Notes: a model not told the origin generated them from the sequence alone. DNA of 64,000 nt from Octopus vulgaris (GCA_951406725.2 OX597830.1:52576001-52640000); one strand, 5' to 3'. Shown: positions 11,906-24,711, counted from the first letter of the stretch. Translations and numbers: made by a program.

Positions 11906-11909
<4 letters not shown>
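9381..11909 (-). mobile_element. RTE-clade LINE, 5'-truncated young copy, with 3' UTR and (GAT)n tail, inserted in a (TA)n tract
   Basis: Unbroken RT frame; 3' UTR containing ggttggcgttaggaagggcatccagc; tail (gat)n at 9381-9408; (TA)n on both flanks. Confidence 0.95.
9633..11909 (-). CDS. RTE ORF remnant: non-LTR reverse transcriptase with inserted PHD finger; endonuclease lost by 5' truncation
   Basis: Motifs KAPGLSGITAEMLK, NYRGIKLL, QFGFVPGRST, FVDLEKAFDRV, GVHQGSALSPLLF, YADD (10695-10706), FRYLG, RRLRWYGHVLR and GRGRPRKTW. The track start at 11948 lies in the microsatellite and is not a real start codon. Confidence 0.93.
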
Positions 11910-11949
<40 letters not shown>

Positions 11950-11959
11950 CATATATATG

Positions 11960-12015
<56 letters not shown>

Positions 12016-12521
12016 TAATATATACACAATAGATTTTTGTTAGATTCACCACTACTACAATTATCATTGTCTCCCCCACTACAACCACCATCAGCACTAA
12101 TACCATAATTTATACCATTATTAAGTTGTTTTGGGGTTTTTTTAAACCATTTCTCAAATATTTTCAGTGTTACAACAGCCCATGACATATAGTGGAGACT
12201 AACAAACAGATGGAATAAAATACCAATATTTAGTTGTTTTTTTTTTATAACATTTTGAAAATGACCAAAATTCCTTATTTTAAAAACCAATTTCTCAGTT
12301 GGAAAATATTCAAAATTCTTGGATTCTTTTTTTTATCTTTACTTTTGTTTTTTTGGTTTTTTTTTACTTTTTGTTTTTACTTTTCATGATTTATAAAATG
12401 TTAAATTTTGGTGATGAGTTTGTTATTTCTCTTGAACAGAATGGTGGCTAATAACATCTCTGCAGGTGGTTGCAGAGATTGAGGTGGTGGTGATGGTAAT
12501 ACACAGACTTAGAGGAGTCTT

Positions 12522-12560
<39 letters not shown>

Positions 12561-12680
12561 GGAAAGTAGAGCAAATAGACACTGTAATATGAGTGAAACA
12601 AAGAGGAAGAGATAGTCAGAAAGATGCTGTCACCATCATCATTATCATCATCATCATAGTATCAGTTGTCATTATCACAT

Positions 12681-12749
<69 letters not shown>

Positions 12750-13073
12750 TACTTGGAGATGGTAATTTTCTTTTGCCAATTAAATATGTGCACTATTTAT
12801 TTGATCTTCACATATACTGGCATGGGTTAGATGAAACTTATTGGTATAGATACTCTATGGTTGGATGCTCTCTCTGTCATTAACCTCAACTTGCCTTCCC
12901 AGTAAAGTAATTTTTATGTCCCTGGTCATCACATGCCCGCTGTTCTATGGCACAGCTTTTTATTGGAGAATATAAACTATGTTACTGTTTATCACTCAAT
13001 GTTAATTGGGACATGTTGAATTGCCATTCACACATACAAATATACATACATACATACATATATATATATATCA

Positions 13074-13474
13074 GAGTGGCTGTGTGGTCTGAAGCTCGCT
13101 TCCCAACCACATGGTTCCGGGTTCAGTCCCACTGCATGGCACCTTGGGCAAGTGTCTTCTACTATAGTCTCGGGTCAACTAAAGCCTTGTGAGTGGATTT
13201 GGTAGACGGAAACTGAAAGAAGCCCGTCGTATATACGTATATATATGTGTGTGTGTGTGTTTGTGTTTGTGTTTGTCCCACCAACATCGCTTGACAGCCG
13301 ATGCTGGTGTGTTTACATCCCCGTAACTTAGCGGTTCGGCAAAAGATACCGATAGAATAAGTACTAGGCTTACAAAGAATAAGTCCTGGGGTCGATTTGC
13401 TCGACTAAAGGCAGTGCTCCAGCTTGGCCGCAGTCAAATGACTGAAGCAAGTAAAAGAGTAAAAGAGAGTAAAG
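13074..13474 (+). mobile_element. SINE family A, full length
   Basis: Near-identical to 29095-29510. Confidence 0.92.
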
Positions 13475-14235
13475 AATATACTCACACACACACACATGTG
13501 AAGTTAAATAAATAGTGCACATATTTAATTGGCAAAAAAAAAATTACCATCTCCAAGTATAACTAGATATATATATAAAGATCATCTATTTTCCATTTAT
13601 CCATCTCCCATACACTTTTGCAACCTCTAACCACCCATACTTTTGGTTCTTCTGTCTCCAACTTTTACTCACCTTGTGCCTCAGAAGTCCACCTAAGCAC
13701 CTCATCACCACTACTTTTATCTCTTCCCAACTCCACCCTGGGCACCATGTCTCCAGACTCTCTTCTAAAATGTGAGGAGCCTTATAACGCTTCCACAAGT
13801 TATAAGGCTGTGGCCTGTTCTTTCATACTTTAATCTATCATCTCTTTACGTAAAGCCACAACCCTATTGGGGTTTGTCATTTTTGCTAGCTGCATTGTGG
13901 CTTCACTTGTGCTGGTGGCTCCAAAGATGCACCCAATAATGCTGTTTACATGCTTTCAAATGATTTGCTGTTAGGAAGGGTATCCAGGCATGGACCATGT
14001 CAAAGTAGAAAACAGAGCATAATGTAGTTCTTGGACCGTTTAAATCCTGTCAATCTGTCTAACCCATGCTGACATGGAACATGGATGTTAACTGAAAAGG
14101 AGATATATATGTTGGCAATCAACTAAAATTTGCATGTGTAAAGTATAAATAGATATATAATGGCATATGTATACATGTGTATATGTGTGTGTGTATGTAT
14201 GTGTGTGGATATATATATATATATCATTTCAATAT

Positions 14236-14443
14236 GTGACCGTGTGTGTATCGTTGGCAATTTTCTTTCTCCGTCTTCCCTTCTTTGGACTTTATCTTTT
14301 TTTTTCTATATTTCTGATGAAGAGCTCCGCTCAAAACGTAAAATCCTCCTTCTTTCTTTCCTTTCTTGAGCGTCTAATAACACTATACTTATTCTACGTC
14401 CTTGCGTTGTTGTGTTTTCTCTTTGTTCATGTTTGGATTAACT
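14236..14443 (+). mobile_element. ~205-bp hammerhead-bearing element, copy 1
   Basis: Homologous end to end with 18771 and 62474; core CTGATGA-agagctccgctc-aaaac at 14314 (the G of GAAAC is mutated). Confidence 0.75.
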
Positions 14444-14522
14444 ATATATATATATATATATCATCATCATCATCATCATCATCGTTTAACGTCCGCTTAA
14501 ATGATGATGATGATGATGATGA

Positions 14523-14566
<44 letters not shown>

Positions 14567-14612
14567 CAGCGATCAACAAAAAACATGTATAACAAAATAT
14601 AAAGAGATCTAT

Positions 14613-14652
<40 letters not shown>

Positions 14653-15191
14653 GGGTGAATCAACTAAAATATGTATGTATAAGATATAAATAGACATGTA
14701 ATGATATATATATATATTGACGATCATCTAAAATATGTGCATGAAATAGCATATAAATAGATATATTAAGCATTATAATGGTAATTGACTAAATTATGTA
14801 GATTCATTTAGAAATGTTTTTTATTGCTTTAAACATTAAAAAAAATTATATTTATATATTGATGTAGATTTAGCAAGATAAGATGAGAGACAAGATATAT
14901 GTCGACAGTCTGGAATTGTTCACAGACTTAACAGGAAGTAATGTTTGGCAAAAGATAGAAAAAAATATATATTGTTATGAAGACAAAATGTTGATAATAT
15001 TATTATTAATATATAATAATATAACAGTGCCATTAATGTTATTATTAATAGTAATGTTGAGAGTGGTGCATTGCCAGAATTGTTAGAGTGTTGGATAAAA
15101 ATGCTTTGCAGTATGTTCTGGTACTTTCCATTCTGAAATCAATACAGTTGTTGATGTTAAAGAGAGTTTACATTCCCATGTTCCCTTAAAG

Positions 15192-15310
15192 CAGTGTTTC
15201 TCAACTGTTTTTTACCTGTGAACCCCTCTGATTCCTATTTTACTCGGATGGATCCTCATAACCATTCAATGTTTAAAATAACCTATTATATTTTTATAAT
15301 TAAATATTAT
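15192..15310. mobile_element. Probable single end of a hAT-type MITE
   Basis: Begins cagtgtttctcaact, a Charlie/hAT-like terminus; no matching second end seen. Confidence 0.4.
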
Positions 15311-15643
15311 TTTACTCTTTTACTTGTTTCAGTCACTTGACTGTGGCCATGCTGGAGCACCGCTTTTAGTTGAGCAAATCGACCCCAGGACTTATTCTTT
15401 GTAAGCCGAGTACATCAGTTGTCAAGCAATGTTGGGGGGCAAACACAGACACACAAACACACACACTCACATATATACATATATACAGCGGGCTTCTTTC
15501 AGTTTCTGTCTACTAAATCTACTCACAAGGCTTTGGTCGGCCTGAGGCTATAGTAGAAGACACTTGCCCCAGGTGCCATGCAGTGGGACTGAACCCGGAA
15601 CCATGTGGTTGGTAAGCAAGCTACTTACCACACAGCCACTCCT
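15311..15643 (-). mobile_element. SINE family A with a small internal deletion
   Basis: Reverse complement of family A; jumps from gtaagccgagtac to atcagttgtcaagc. Confidence 0.9.
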
Positions 15644-16162
15644 AAAAATATATAAAATGAGTGTTGTAAGAGTAATTACTTGCAGCAAGTGAATACACTT
15701 CCCTGATGATATTGAACAAGAACAAACAATATCTGTTGCTGTTCCCAGTTGGCTACAAAGACAGAGTTCACTTTTAACAGCATATGTTTTAATTTCCCAA
15801 ATATTTCAGTCAGCTGATTTTGCAAGAGTTATCTCTCTTACTTAATGTTTTTTCAATTTCAACTCCCTCTAGAGGAAGTTTCTGGCTCCAAATGTGCGCT
15901 GATAATCTCACTTGATTGAAATTTTGCTACTGACTATATTACGCAAGATTCTGTTTTGCGTGTGTTTGTGCATTGGTGTCAGTATGCATTTGTGACTGTG
16001 TGTGAGATTGTGAGTGTTTGTGTATGTATGTGTAAAGCTGCAGTTGATTTTTTTTTTCCCTGGTGATTTCCATTTAAGCCATGAAACCGTACACACAGGT
16101 CCCATGAGAAGTTAACTGTCTTCCTGTGTCTACTATATTTTTGTGTGTTTATTTACTTATTT

Positions 16163-16225
<63 letters not shown>

Positions 16226-16470
16226 AGCTGTGGTGGTAGTGTGAAGGTGGTTGGCTGGCTGGTTAGTTGATTGGTAATTCTAAATTGTTTTTTTAAGGAA
16301 AATTTGGAACAAACACAAAAAAGAAAAACAAAGAAATAGGAGTAAAAAATAATAAATTTGGTTTCCAGAGTTAAGTGAGGTATTTTAATTTTGTTAAATG
16401 GAAAAACAGTGGAAGAGCATTAAAATAAGATGAGGTCACACCCACCCACACACAAACACACACACACTCA

Positions 16471-16558
<88 letters not shown>

Positions 16559-17449
16559 CATACATACACACAGACACACCTTACTGTACATATACATTCA
16601 TGCAAATGTACTACAATACATTTATAACCACATATATCACATACACACACACTCACACACATACTACATTGAATTCATACACAACAAATGCATCTGGGGT
16701 ACATACTCATGCCATTTTTTTTATCACACATGCATTGTATACCACACATGTCATTACAACATACATCAAATACAATAAATAACATGCAACACACAGTACG
16801 TACGCATACAGGTTACATCTTTGATATCAAGGGACACAACCCAACATACCAGTAGACTTAAACAGAGAGAGAGAGAGAGAGAGAGCAAGGGAGACAGAGA
16901 GTGATTACCTTTAATTTTTGTCAGAGAATATAATTAATACAACAGCCACTTCTGACTTTGGGCTACATTACTTTATTGATGGTGATGATGATGATGGTGG
17001 TTGTTATGATAAGGATGATTATGTCGGGGATGGTGATGAGAGTAAGAGGTGGGGGGGGGGGGCAATTGAGAATGATATAAATGAAATGATTGAACTGGTC
17101 ACCAGTCTTTAAGCAACTTTCATACCTGTCAAACCCCACCTACTAACCACCTCACCAGCCTCACCAACCATCACCACATCCGTCACTGCACACCTTGCCC
17201 CATTTTTTATACACCCGTTCAATGTTTTTTAATGAACATCATTTCTAATTGTTATATAGACAGTCACAACAATGTATACTACTTTACACCATAATGAATC
17301 ACTGATAAAGGTTGAGGAAACCCTATTAAACCCAACTTATTGGGACCTTTTCACAATTGAGAATATCTTAACCCTTTTTGCTCCAACAATATAAAAAAAG
17401 CACCCACTAATAATTCACGAATACATGACACCACATATGACACCAACTC

Positions 17450-18010
17450 AGCTAACATTATCATAATGAACCACTTCACACCATAATGAACCAATAAACG
17501 CCATAACGAACCACTTCACACTGCAACACACAACTACACATTATTCACTACACATCACGATACACCACTCTGTATACACTGCACATATTACACACCTCTA
17601 CACAAGACTACACCACATCATACATTACAGCACACACCACCATGTACACCCAAGCATGCCACAACATTAAAGCATATCACTGTACACCACTGCACAACAC
17701 TTCACCACACAACAATACACTTACACTACACTGCACACTTCTACACTACCTACACTCTACTGTCCTACATTACACTACATTGCCTTTATACAATGCTACA
17801 CAGTTTTACATCATAAGCTCTCCCCTACACTAACCTACATACCCTTCATTACACTGCACTACACTAGCCTATACAACACTATTGGGCAATACATTGGCCT
17901 ACATACACTATGCTGCCCAATACTACACTGTCCTACACTACCCTGCCCTGCTTTTCACAGCCCTACATTGTACTACTCGCATTACAATGCACTGCCCTAC
18001 GTTACAGTAC
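17450..18010. repeat. Degenerate (TACAC)n-like pentamer repeat
   Basis: Long tract with about 5-bp periodicity of cacta/cactg/tacac. Confidence 0.75.
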
Positions 18011-18770
18011 TCTAAAAATAGCAAGCATAGGTCCTCCAATAGTACACTATTCTCTTGTAAATGAGGATACATCGGATAATGTAGTACCTGCTAGTTTTAA
18101 AAAGATAGGCAGATCTCAGCTGGAATATTCTCTTTTTTTTTTAATACCATTTGTGTGGAGGAAAAGCTGTACCCATATCTCTCACAGACCCTCTTTGACC
18201 TGTTACATTGGCAGTATGTTTCTTGTGTTGAACTGTGACCGGGTTTAGGGGTTAGAGTGGTTAGTGCAAATCTTGATGTTTATGGGAGAGGAGACAGGTG
18301 ATGTAGGAGTATCAGATTAAACATGGTAAAAAAAGATTTCCTGAAGCAGAGACAATCGGTGTATCAGTGGAAAAGGTAAAGAGAGAGAGAAGACACAGCA
18401 TGTGTGTGGGCAAGCATTCAGCTAGAATCCTAGAGGTCACTGCAAACAATGGTCCTCACTATCACTGAGGATCTTCCTGAGTAAACATGTATCCTGAACA
18501 TAGCTAATAAACTGCATCTCAAAGAGTAGCCCTTCTCCTCACAGCCCTCATCATTAACAACAATAGCTATCATCATTGTCATTGTTGTCATCATTATGAC
18601 ATCCACTTTTCAATGGATCAGATGGAATTGGTTGAGGTAGATTCTCTACAACCAAATAGTTTTCTTGTCACCAACCCTCACTTGTTTCCAAGCAAGGTAA
18701 TATTTCCCCATGGCCAGCAAAGTTTTCATAGAAGATTGGAAAGAAGAACATTGCTTACTTGACATTGACA

Positions 18771-18977
18771 GTGACCACCTGTGTATCATTGGCGATTTTT
18801 TTTCCTCTGTCTTCCATTCCTTGGATCTTTCCTTTTCCTATGTTTCTGATGAAGAGCTCTGCTCGAAACGTTAAATCTTCCTTCTTTCTTTCCTTTCCTG
18901 AGCGTCCAATAACACTATACTTGTTCCACATCCTCGCGTTGTTGTGTTTTCTCTGTGTTTTCATGTTTGGATTAACT
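18771..18977 (+). mobile_element. ~205-bp hammerhead-bearing element, copy 2 (best-preserved core)
   Basis: CTGATGA (18846)-a-gagc-tct-gctc-GAAAC-gtta; ends ggattaact before a TA/CA repeat. Confidence 0.8.
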
Positions 18978-18999
18978 TTATATATACACATACACATGC

Positions 19000-19057
<58 letters not shown>

Positions 19058-19633
19058 CAGGCTTCTTTCAGTTTCTGCCTACAAAATACACTCACAAAGC
19101 TTTGATCATCCCATAGGTATTGCTTTTCTGTTGATGATCTAACAAAAGTAAAAATTAGTTAAAATGACCCCTTTCTCTGCACACCTGTATTTGTAATCCT
19201 TAAAAAAATTGAGGGCTGCTTTACTATACTACTACCTCACTGGTCTAGGAAAAAGTTACAAATATTGCTTTAGCTCTTTTGACTACAATAAAAAGAAAAA
19301 TATTCCATGCCCCAACCCACCCATCTACATCATTTAATAGAGAAGATATAATTAGGATTGTTATGCTTTAGTTAGCATGAAATTTTCCTTTAGAATGAAT
19401 TCTGGTTTTCCAAAACGTTTTTTCATGCTTCCACCAGTTGTCACATAATTCTTGTGCTGCAAAGTCTGTGATTCATAAAGATATATTAAGTCTGATATTA
19501 AATTCTCAATGGAGCCATTAATGAGATAATCAACGATTAAATTAGATATGTTATGATAGCTGACTCATTTAAGTGAGCCATTTGACATGGAAGGACATAA
19601 TCAGTAAAACGTCTGTATTAAAACAGCTATCTA

Positions 19634-19678
<45 letters not shown>

Positions 19679-19680
<2 letters not shown>

Positions 19681-19992
19681 AAGTGCAATGGCCCAGTGGT
19701 TAGGGCAGTGGACTTGCGGTCGGAGGATCGCGGTTTCGATTCCCAGACCGGGCTTTGTGCGTGTTTATTGAGTGAAAACACCTAAAAGCTCCACGAGGCT
19801 CCTGCAGAGGGTGGTGGTGACCCCTGTTGTACTCTTTTGCCCCAATTTTCTTTCACTCTTTCTTCCTGTTTCTTGAGTAACACTGCGATGGACTGGTGTC
19901 CCGTCCAGCTGGAGGGAACACATACGCCACAGAAACTGGGAAACCGGGCCCATGAGCCTGGCTAGGCTTGAAAAGGGTGCACAAATAAAAAA
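19679..19992 (+). mobile_element. SINE with family C head and body and an alternative tail
   Basis: Matches the 7957 copy up to ctcactctttcttc, then switches to the tgcgatggactgg..gagcctggctaggc tail shared with 40347. Confidence 0.88.
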
Positions 19993-20740
19993 AGGTGCTT
20001 CATTTCACATTGCTTCAGTCTACTCGGCAGTAAATGAGTATCAGTCAGTGCTGATAGAATTTTCTGCCCTTAGCTGTTGCAACCTCAGTGTTCTGCTAGG
20101 TCAAGACAGATAGGATTGAGAAGGTGCCTATGTCTGCTTGTGACTACACAGGCACCTAAAACAATTAGTGAAAACATGGTACATGTCATTAAACGTTACT
20201 CACTTGCAAGTGGTGGCTGGGTGTCTCTTTACGTTTAAAAAATTAAGGTACATTGCATGATGTAATTCTAAGTACGCTATGTCCAGGAAAAAAAAAACAA
20301 GATGGCTGCATTATTGTTCCCAGACCTGCTCAGTCAGGGATTACCTGGTGCTAAATAACAAGAACGTGCTCTATTTAATAGCCAAATACACATTGTTCCC
20401 CTAGCTTCAACAAACACACTACTGTTTTTAAAATAGGATCCACGAAAAGGAAAACAAAAGATAACATGAGATTTCTGTTTAGTTACCTTCACTGTAACAG
20501 CAAGATTTTCTGCAACAAACTACCTATAACCAAAGCCCATGACATAGGGACCACATGAGGCACCAAAAGAGCCTTTTCTGTATAATTAAGCATACTGACT
20601 TTCCCCAACAGATTTCCTTCCATAGGTGAGAATAGAGACAGGCTATAGATTTTAGGTTCTACATCTTTGAACAGTTTTTTGTACCACAAGGGTTGGGGAG
20701 TAATGACATTGGTGGTGGTCATGGTGTTTGTGATGAAAGA

Positions 20741-20779
<39 letters not shown>

Positions 20780-21130
20780 GTTGTTATTATTGGTTTTCTT
20801 CTTTCAGTTTTGTTTCCATTTCTTGTTTAGTGTCTTCCCAACTTCTGAGGCAAAGAAACTCACTGGCCTACCAATGAATACAGTGAATTTCCTTGCCTTA
20901 AGAGTCAGAAAGATTCTCAGCAAGAAATGGAAGCAAAACTGAACTGAAAGAAGAAAATCTCATGGTGATAATGATTTCTTTATTGACCACAAAAAGATTT
21001 ACATCAAGAAAAACTTTAGACACAGGACAAAACATTGAATGAGTGTTTGTGTGTGTGTGTTGTTGTGTGGATTTTGCATGTAAACAGGTCTAACATAAAA
21101 AAAAAAAACATTTTAGCAATGTGTTATCCT

Positions 21131-21269
21131 CATCATCATCATTTAACGTCCGTTTTCCATGCTAGCATTGCTTGGACGGTTCGACCAAGGTCTGGTAAGC
21201 CACGGAAGCTGCACCACGCTCTAGTCTGATTTGGCAGTGTTTCTACAGCTGGATGCCCTTCCTAACGCC
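21131..21269 (-). mobile_element. RTE 3'-tail fragment
   Basis: (cat)n-ttaacgtccg..ctggatgcccttcctaacgcc. Confidence 0.85.
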
Positions 21270-21299
21270 ATAATTCTTTCTGTTATAGGCACAAGGCCT

Positions 21300-21478
21300 G
21301 AAATTTGGGTGAGGGGAAAAGTCAATTACATTGACCCTAGTACTTGACTGGTACTTATTTTATTGGCATTGAAAGGATGAATAGCAAAGTTGACCTCGTT
21401 GGAATTTGAACTCAGAACGTAAAGATGGATGATATGCTGCTCAGCATTTCACCTGGCATGCTAACAATTCTGCCAGCA
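21300..21478 (-). mobile_element. SINE family B, diverged copy
   Basis: Reverse complement of the family at 26945 (aggatgaatagcaaagttgacctc..ggaatttgaactcagaacg). Confidence 0.75.
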
Positions 21479-21781
21479 TGACTTAATTCCCTCCATGAAT
21501 TCACTGTATGAAGGAATTCCAAAAACATTTTTATATGGAAGTTTTTAAAAATTGGAGTTTTGATTCATTAATACTATATCTGGAACTTCATTATCAAAAA
21601 ATGGCATTTATTTCAAACCTTTAACTAGACAGAAATGGTTAGTTCAGAGACTATTTCTGATTTTAGTTCTATGTTTGTTGAATATGATCCCAAAGAGGAA
21701 CGGTGTCAGTCAGTCTGGGCAACATGATTGAAATGCAGATTTTGTTTTATTTTGAAAAAAACAAACACACTTTAACACTGA

Positions 21782-21881
21782 NNNNNNNNNNNNNNNNNNN
21801 NNNNNNNNNNNNNNNNNNNNNNNNNNNNNNNNNNNNNNNNNNNNNNNNNNNNNNNNNNNNNNNNNNNNNNNNNNNNNNNNN
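21782..21881. other. Assembly gap (100 N)
   Basis: Run of n characters. Confidence 1.
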
Positions 21882-22149
21882 CACATCTATGCAAATAGAT
21901 ACATGCACTGCTATACATACACATATTCACACACACACACACACACGCACATCTATATAGATACATCCAGACACACATCCTTCCGTCTATACATATGTAT
22001 ACTCACTAATCTCTGGTAAATAAATTCTCTTATCTGTAGACCTTCGTTTAACTAGTGTCTAATTCCCTACATTAAACATTTCAGTCCTTCACCACCACCC
22101 CTCTCTCTCATGTTTAGTGTAATCCTAGTTGTGTTACAGGAGAGTTTTT

Positions 22150-22345
22150 ACATGGTTGTTCGATTTGTTTGAAATAGCAGCCAAATCTCTTGCAAAATCA
22201 TACTCTGATGTCTTCGATGAAAAAAGAACATATGGCATAATGTAATCACAGATACCTTAAAAATGCACAGGATGGTCATGGCAAGAATGCCTCAGATCAT
22301 AGACCTCCTGGATCAAGGTTGGCTCGGTGGCCTAACGCCAACCTA
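22150..22345 (+). mobile_element. Old dispersed repeat of unknown class; related copies near 20200, 23960, 30790, 40118, 46990 and 50140
   Basis: Recurring blocks gaaatagcagccaaatc, ggatggtcatggctggaat and gatcatag, often ending in aacaacaac. Confidence 0.6.
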
Positions 22346-22559
22346 GTTATGTACAAACAGGTTTTATCTCACTACCAGACTATGAATGAAGATAGTGCAA
22401 AAACGTGTGTGTGTGTGAAATGGCAGTACTGTTTTTCCATGAATGCATGTTAATATACATGTGTGTGTGTGTCTTTGTATATGTGTGTGTATCTGTATGT
22501 TTATGCATGTATGTGTTTATGTGTGAGTGTGTGTATATGTATATGTGCATATCTTTCTT

Positions 22560-23334
22560 CTTTTACTTGTTTTAGTCATTAGACTCTGGCCATGCTGGGG
22601 TACTTCCCCGTAAGGGATTAGTCAAATGAATCAACCCCTGTACTTATTTTTAAAGCCTGGTACATATTCTATCAATCTCTTGTGCCAAACTGCTAAGTTA
22701 CAGGGATGTAAATAAACCAACACCAATTGTTAAACAGTAGCGAGGGACAAACACAGAGGCACACACACACACACCATCATCATCATCATCATCTAACGTT
22801 CGCTTTCCATGTTAGCATGGGTTGGACGATTTGACTGAGGACTGGCGAACCAAATGGCTGCACCAGGCTCCAATCTTGATCTGGCAGAGTTTCTACAGCT
22901 GGATGCCCTTCCTAATGCCAACCACTCCGAAAGTGTAGTGAGTGCTTTTACGTGCCAGTCAGGCGGTACTGGCAATGGCCATGCTCAAATGGTGTTTTTT
23001 ACATGCCACCTGCACAGGAGCCAGTCCAGCTCGAATGTTTTTTTTATGTGCCATCAGCACAAGTGCCAGTAAGGTGATGCTGGTAATGATCACGCTCGAA
23101 ATAGATATATAGACGTGTCAGGCCAAGTTGTGGCCAGTGCTGGTGGTGCATAAAAAGCATTCATTACACTCTTGGAGTGGTTGGTGTTAAGAAGGGCATT
23201 CAACCATAGAAACCAAACCAAATCAGACGGGGACCTAGCACAGCTCTCTGGCTTACCAGTTCCAGTCAAATGGTCTAACCGATTTCCAACATGGAAAACG
23301 AATGCTAGATGAGGATGATGATTCTGTATATATA

Positions 23335-23372
<38 letters not shown>

Positions 23373-23558
23373 TACACTCACACGCATGCACATACATCTG
23401 ATGGTCTTCTTCACAACTTCTGTCTACTAAATCCACTCACAAGGCTTTGATTGGCTTGGGCTTTAGTAGAAAACACCTGCCTAAGGTGCCACACAGTGGG
23501 ACTGAACTGAACCATGTAGTTGGGAAGTAAACTTCTTACCGCACAGCCATGCTTGCAC
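22560..23558 (-). mobile_element. SINE family A split by two oppositely oriented RTE-tail elements (22776-23098 minus, 23113-23320 plus)
   Basis: 3' half at 22560-22760 and 5' half at 23418-23558 flank the inserts at the internal microsatellite. Confidence 0.8.
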
Positions 23559-24346
23559 CTATGTGTACATATGTAACGTATGTATATGTGTGTGTAAAGC
23601 TTATATAGGCTTGTTATAGAATAGACCTTCTGAGTAATACCACAAAACATGGGTAACAGAAAGGCCGTGACTGACTTTTGCCTAATTAAGATAAGAGTTT
23701 ACATCTTTTTGTTACTTAATGATCTCTAAACTTTGTGATTCTTTGTTATGTGATTGGTGGAACCCTGCTAGTTCCATGCTGACTATGCTTTGCCAGAAAT
23801 GGATTTCCCACTGACCTTTCCAAGACCATTGTTTTTAAGTCTGTCTCCCGACATGTTACACCCAAATGAAACCCACAACTCCAAGCTATGCTATTAAGTA
23901 AAGAATACTGGACCAAGTCACCATTATATCCATAACTGGGAGCTATCAAGTGAACAGGGACACCTCTATGTAATTTCTTGACCTGCTAGAAATGCCAACT
24001 AAATTTCCTCAAATCACACCCTGCTATTATAAAAAATGAAACATACATTGGATAGTAGTTTTAGATAAACTGCTGCCTGAAAAATTAGGTGGAATAGTCA
24101 TGGGTGGAACACGTTTGTTCATCAGTCTGAACTACTGCTACTACTGCTGCTGCTACTTGCTATGTAACCATTATGAAAATAAATGCTACCTTCTTGTATG
24201 CAGGGTTGGGTGTGCAGTTAAGGAGTTAAACTTGGCCCCACTGCACGGCTCTTTGGTTTTGTACCTTTTACCATAGCTTTGAGTTGACTTATGCCTTGTG
24301 AGTAGACTTTGGGAGGTGAAATCTGAGGAAGGTCATCATGTTTATA

Positions 24347-24711
24347 AGTGTGGTAAGAAGTTTGCTTCCCAATCACAGTTCTGGGTTCAGTCACACTGCA
24401 TGGCACCTTGAGTAAGTGTCTTCTACTATAGCCATGAGCTGACCAAACCCTTGAGAGTGGATTTGGTAGACAGAAACTAAAAGAAGCATATTGTGTATGT
24501 CTGTGCATGCGTATATATATCTGTGACAACTGGCAATTGGTGTTGGTTTGTTTATGTCCAGGTAACTTTGCAGTTCAGCAAAAGTGGCCAATAGAATAAG
24601 TACCAGGCTTTAAAAATCATAAGTACTGGGGTCAGTTTGTTTGACTAAAGCTCTTTAATGTGGTGCTCCAGCATGGCTGCAATCCAATGAGTGAAAAAAG
24701 TGAAAAGTAAA
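24347..24711 (+). mobile_element. SINE family A, diverged copy
   Basis: Head, internal repeat and ggtgctccagcatggc tail are present. Confidence 0.85.

Noticed and set aside
11910-11948. N-terminus MCVCIYIY of the 771-aa ORF
   Set aside because: It lies in the flanking microsatellite; the element is 5'-truncated and has no genuine start.
9667-11970. Plus-strand ORFs overlapping the LINE
   Set aside because: These are antisense shadows of the RT frame with no independent motif.
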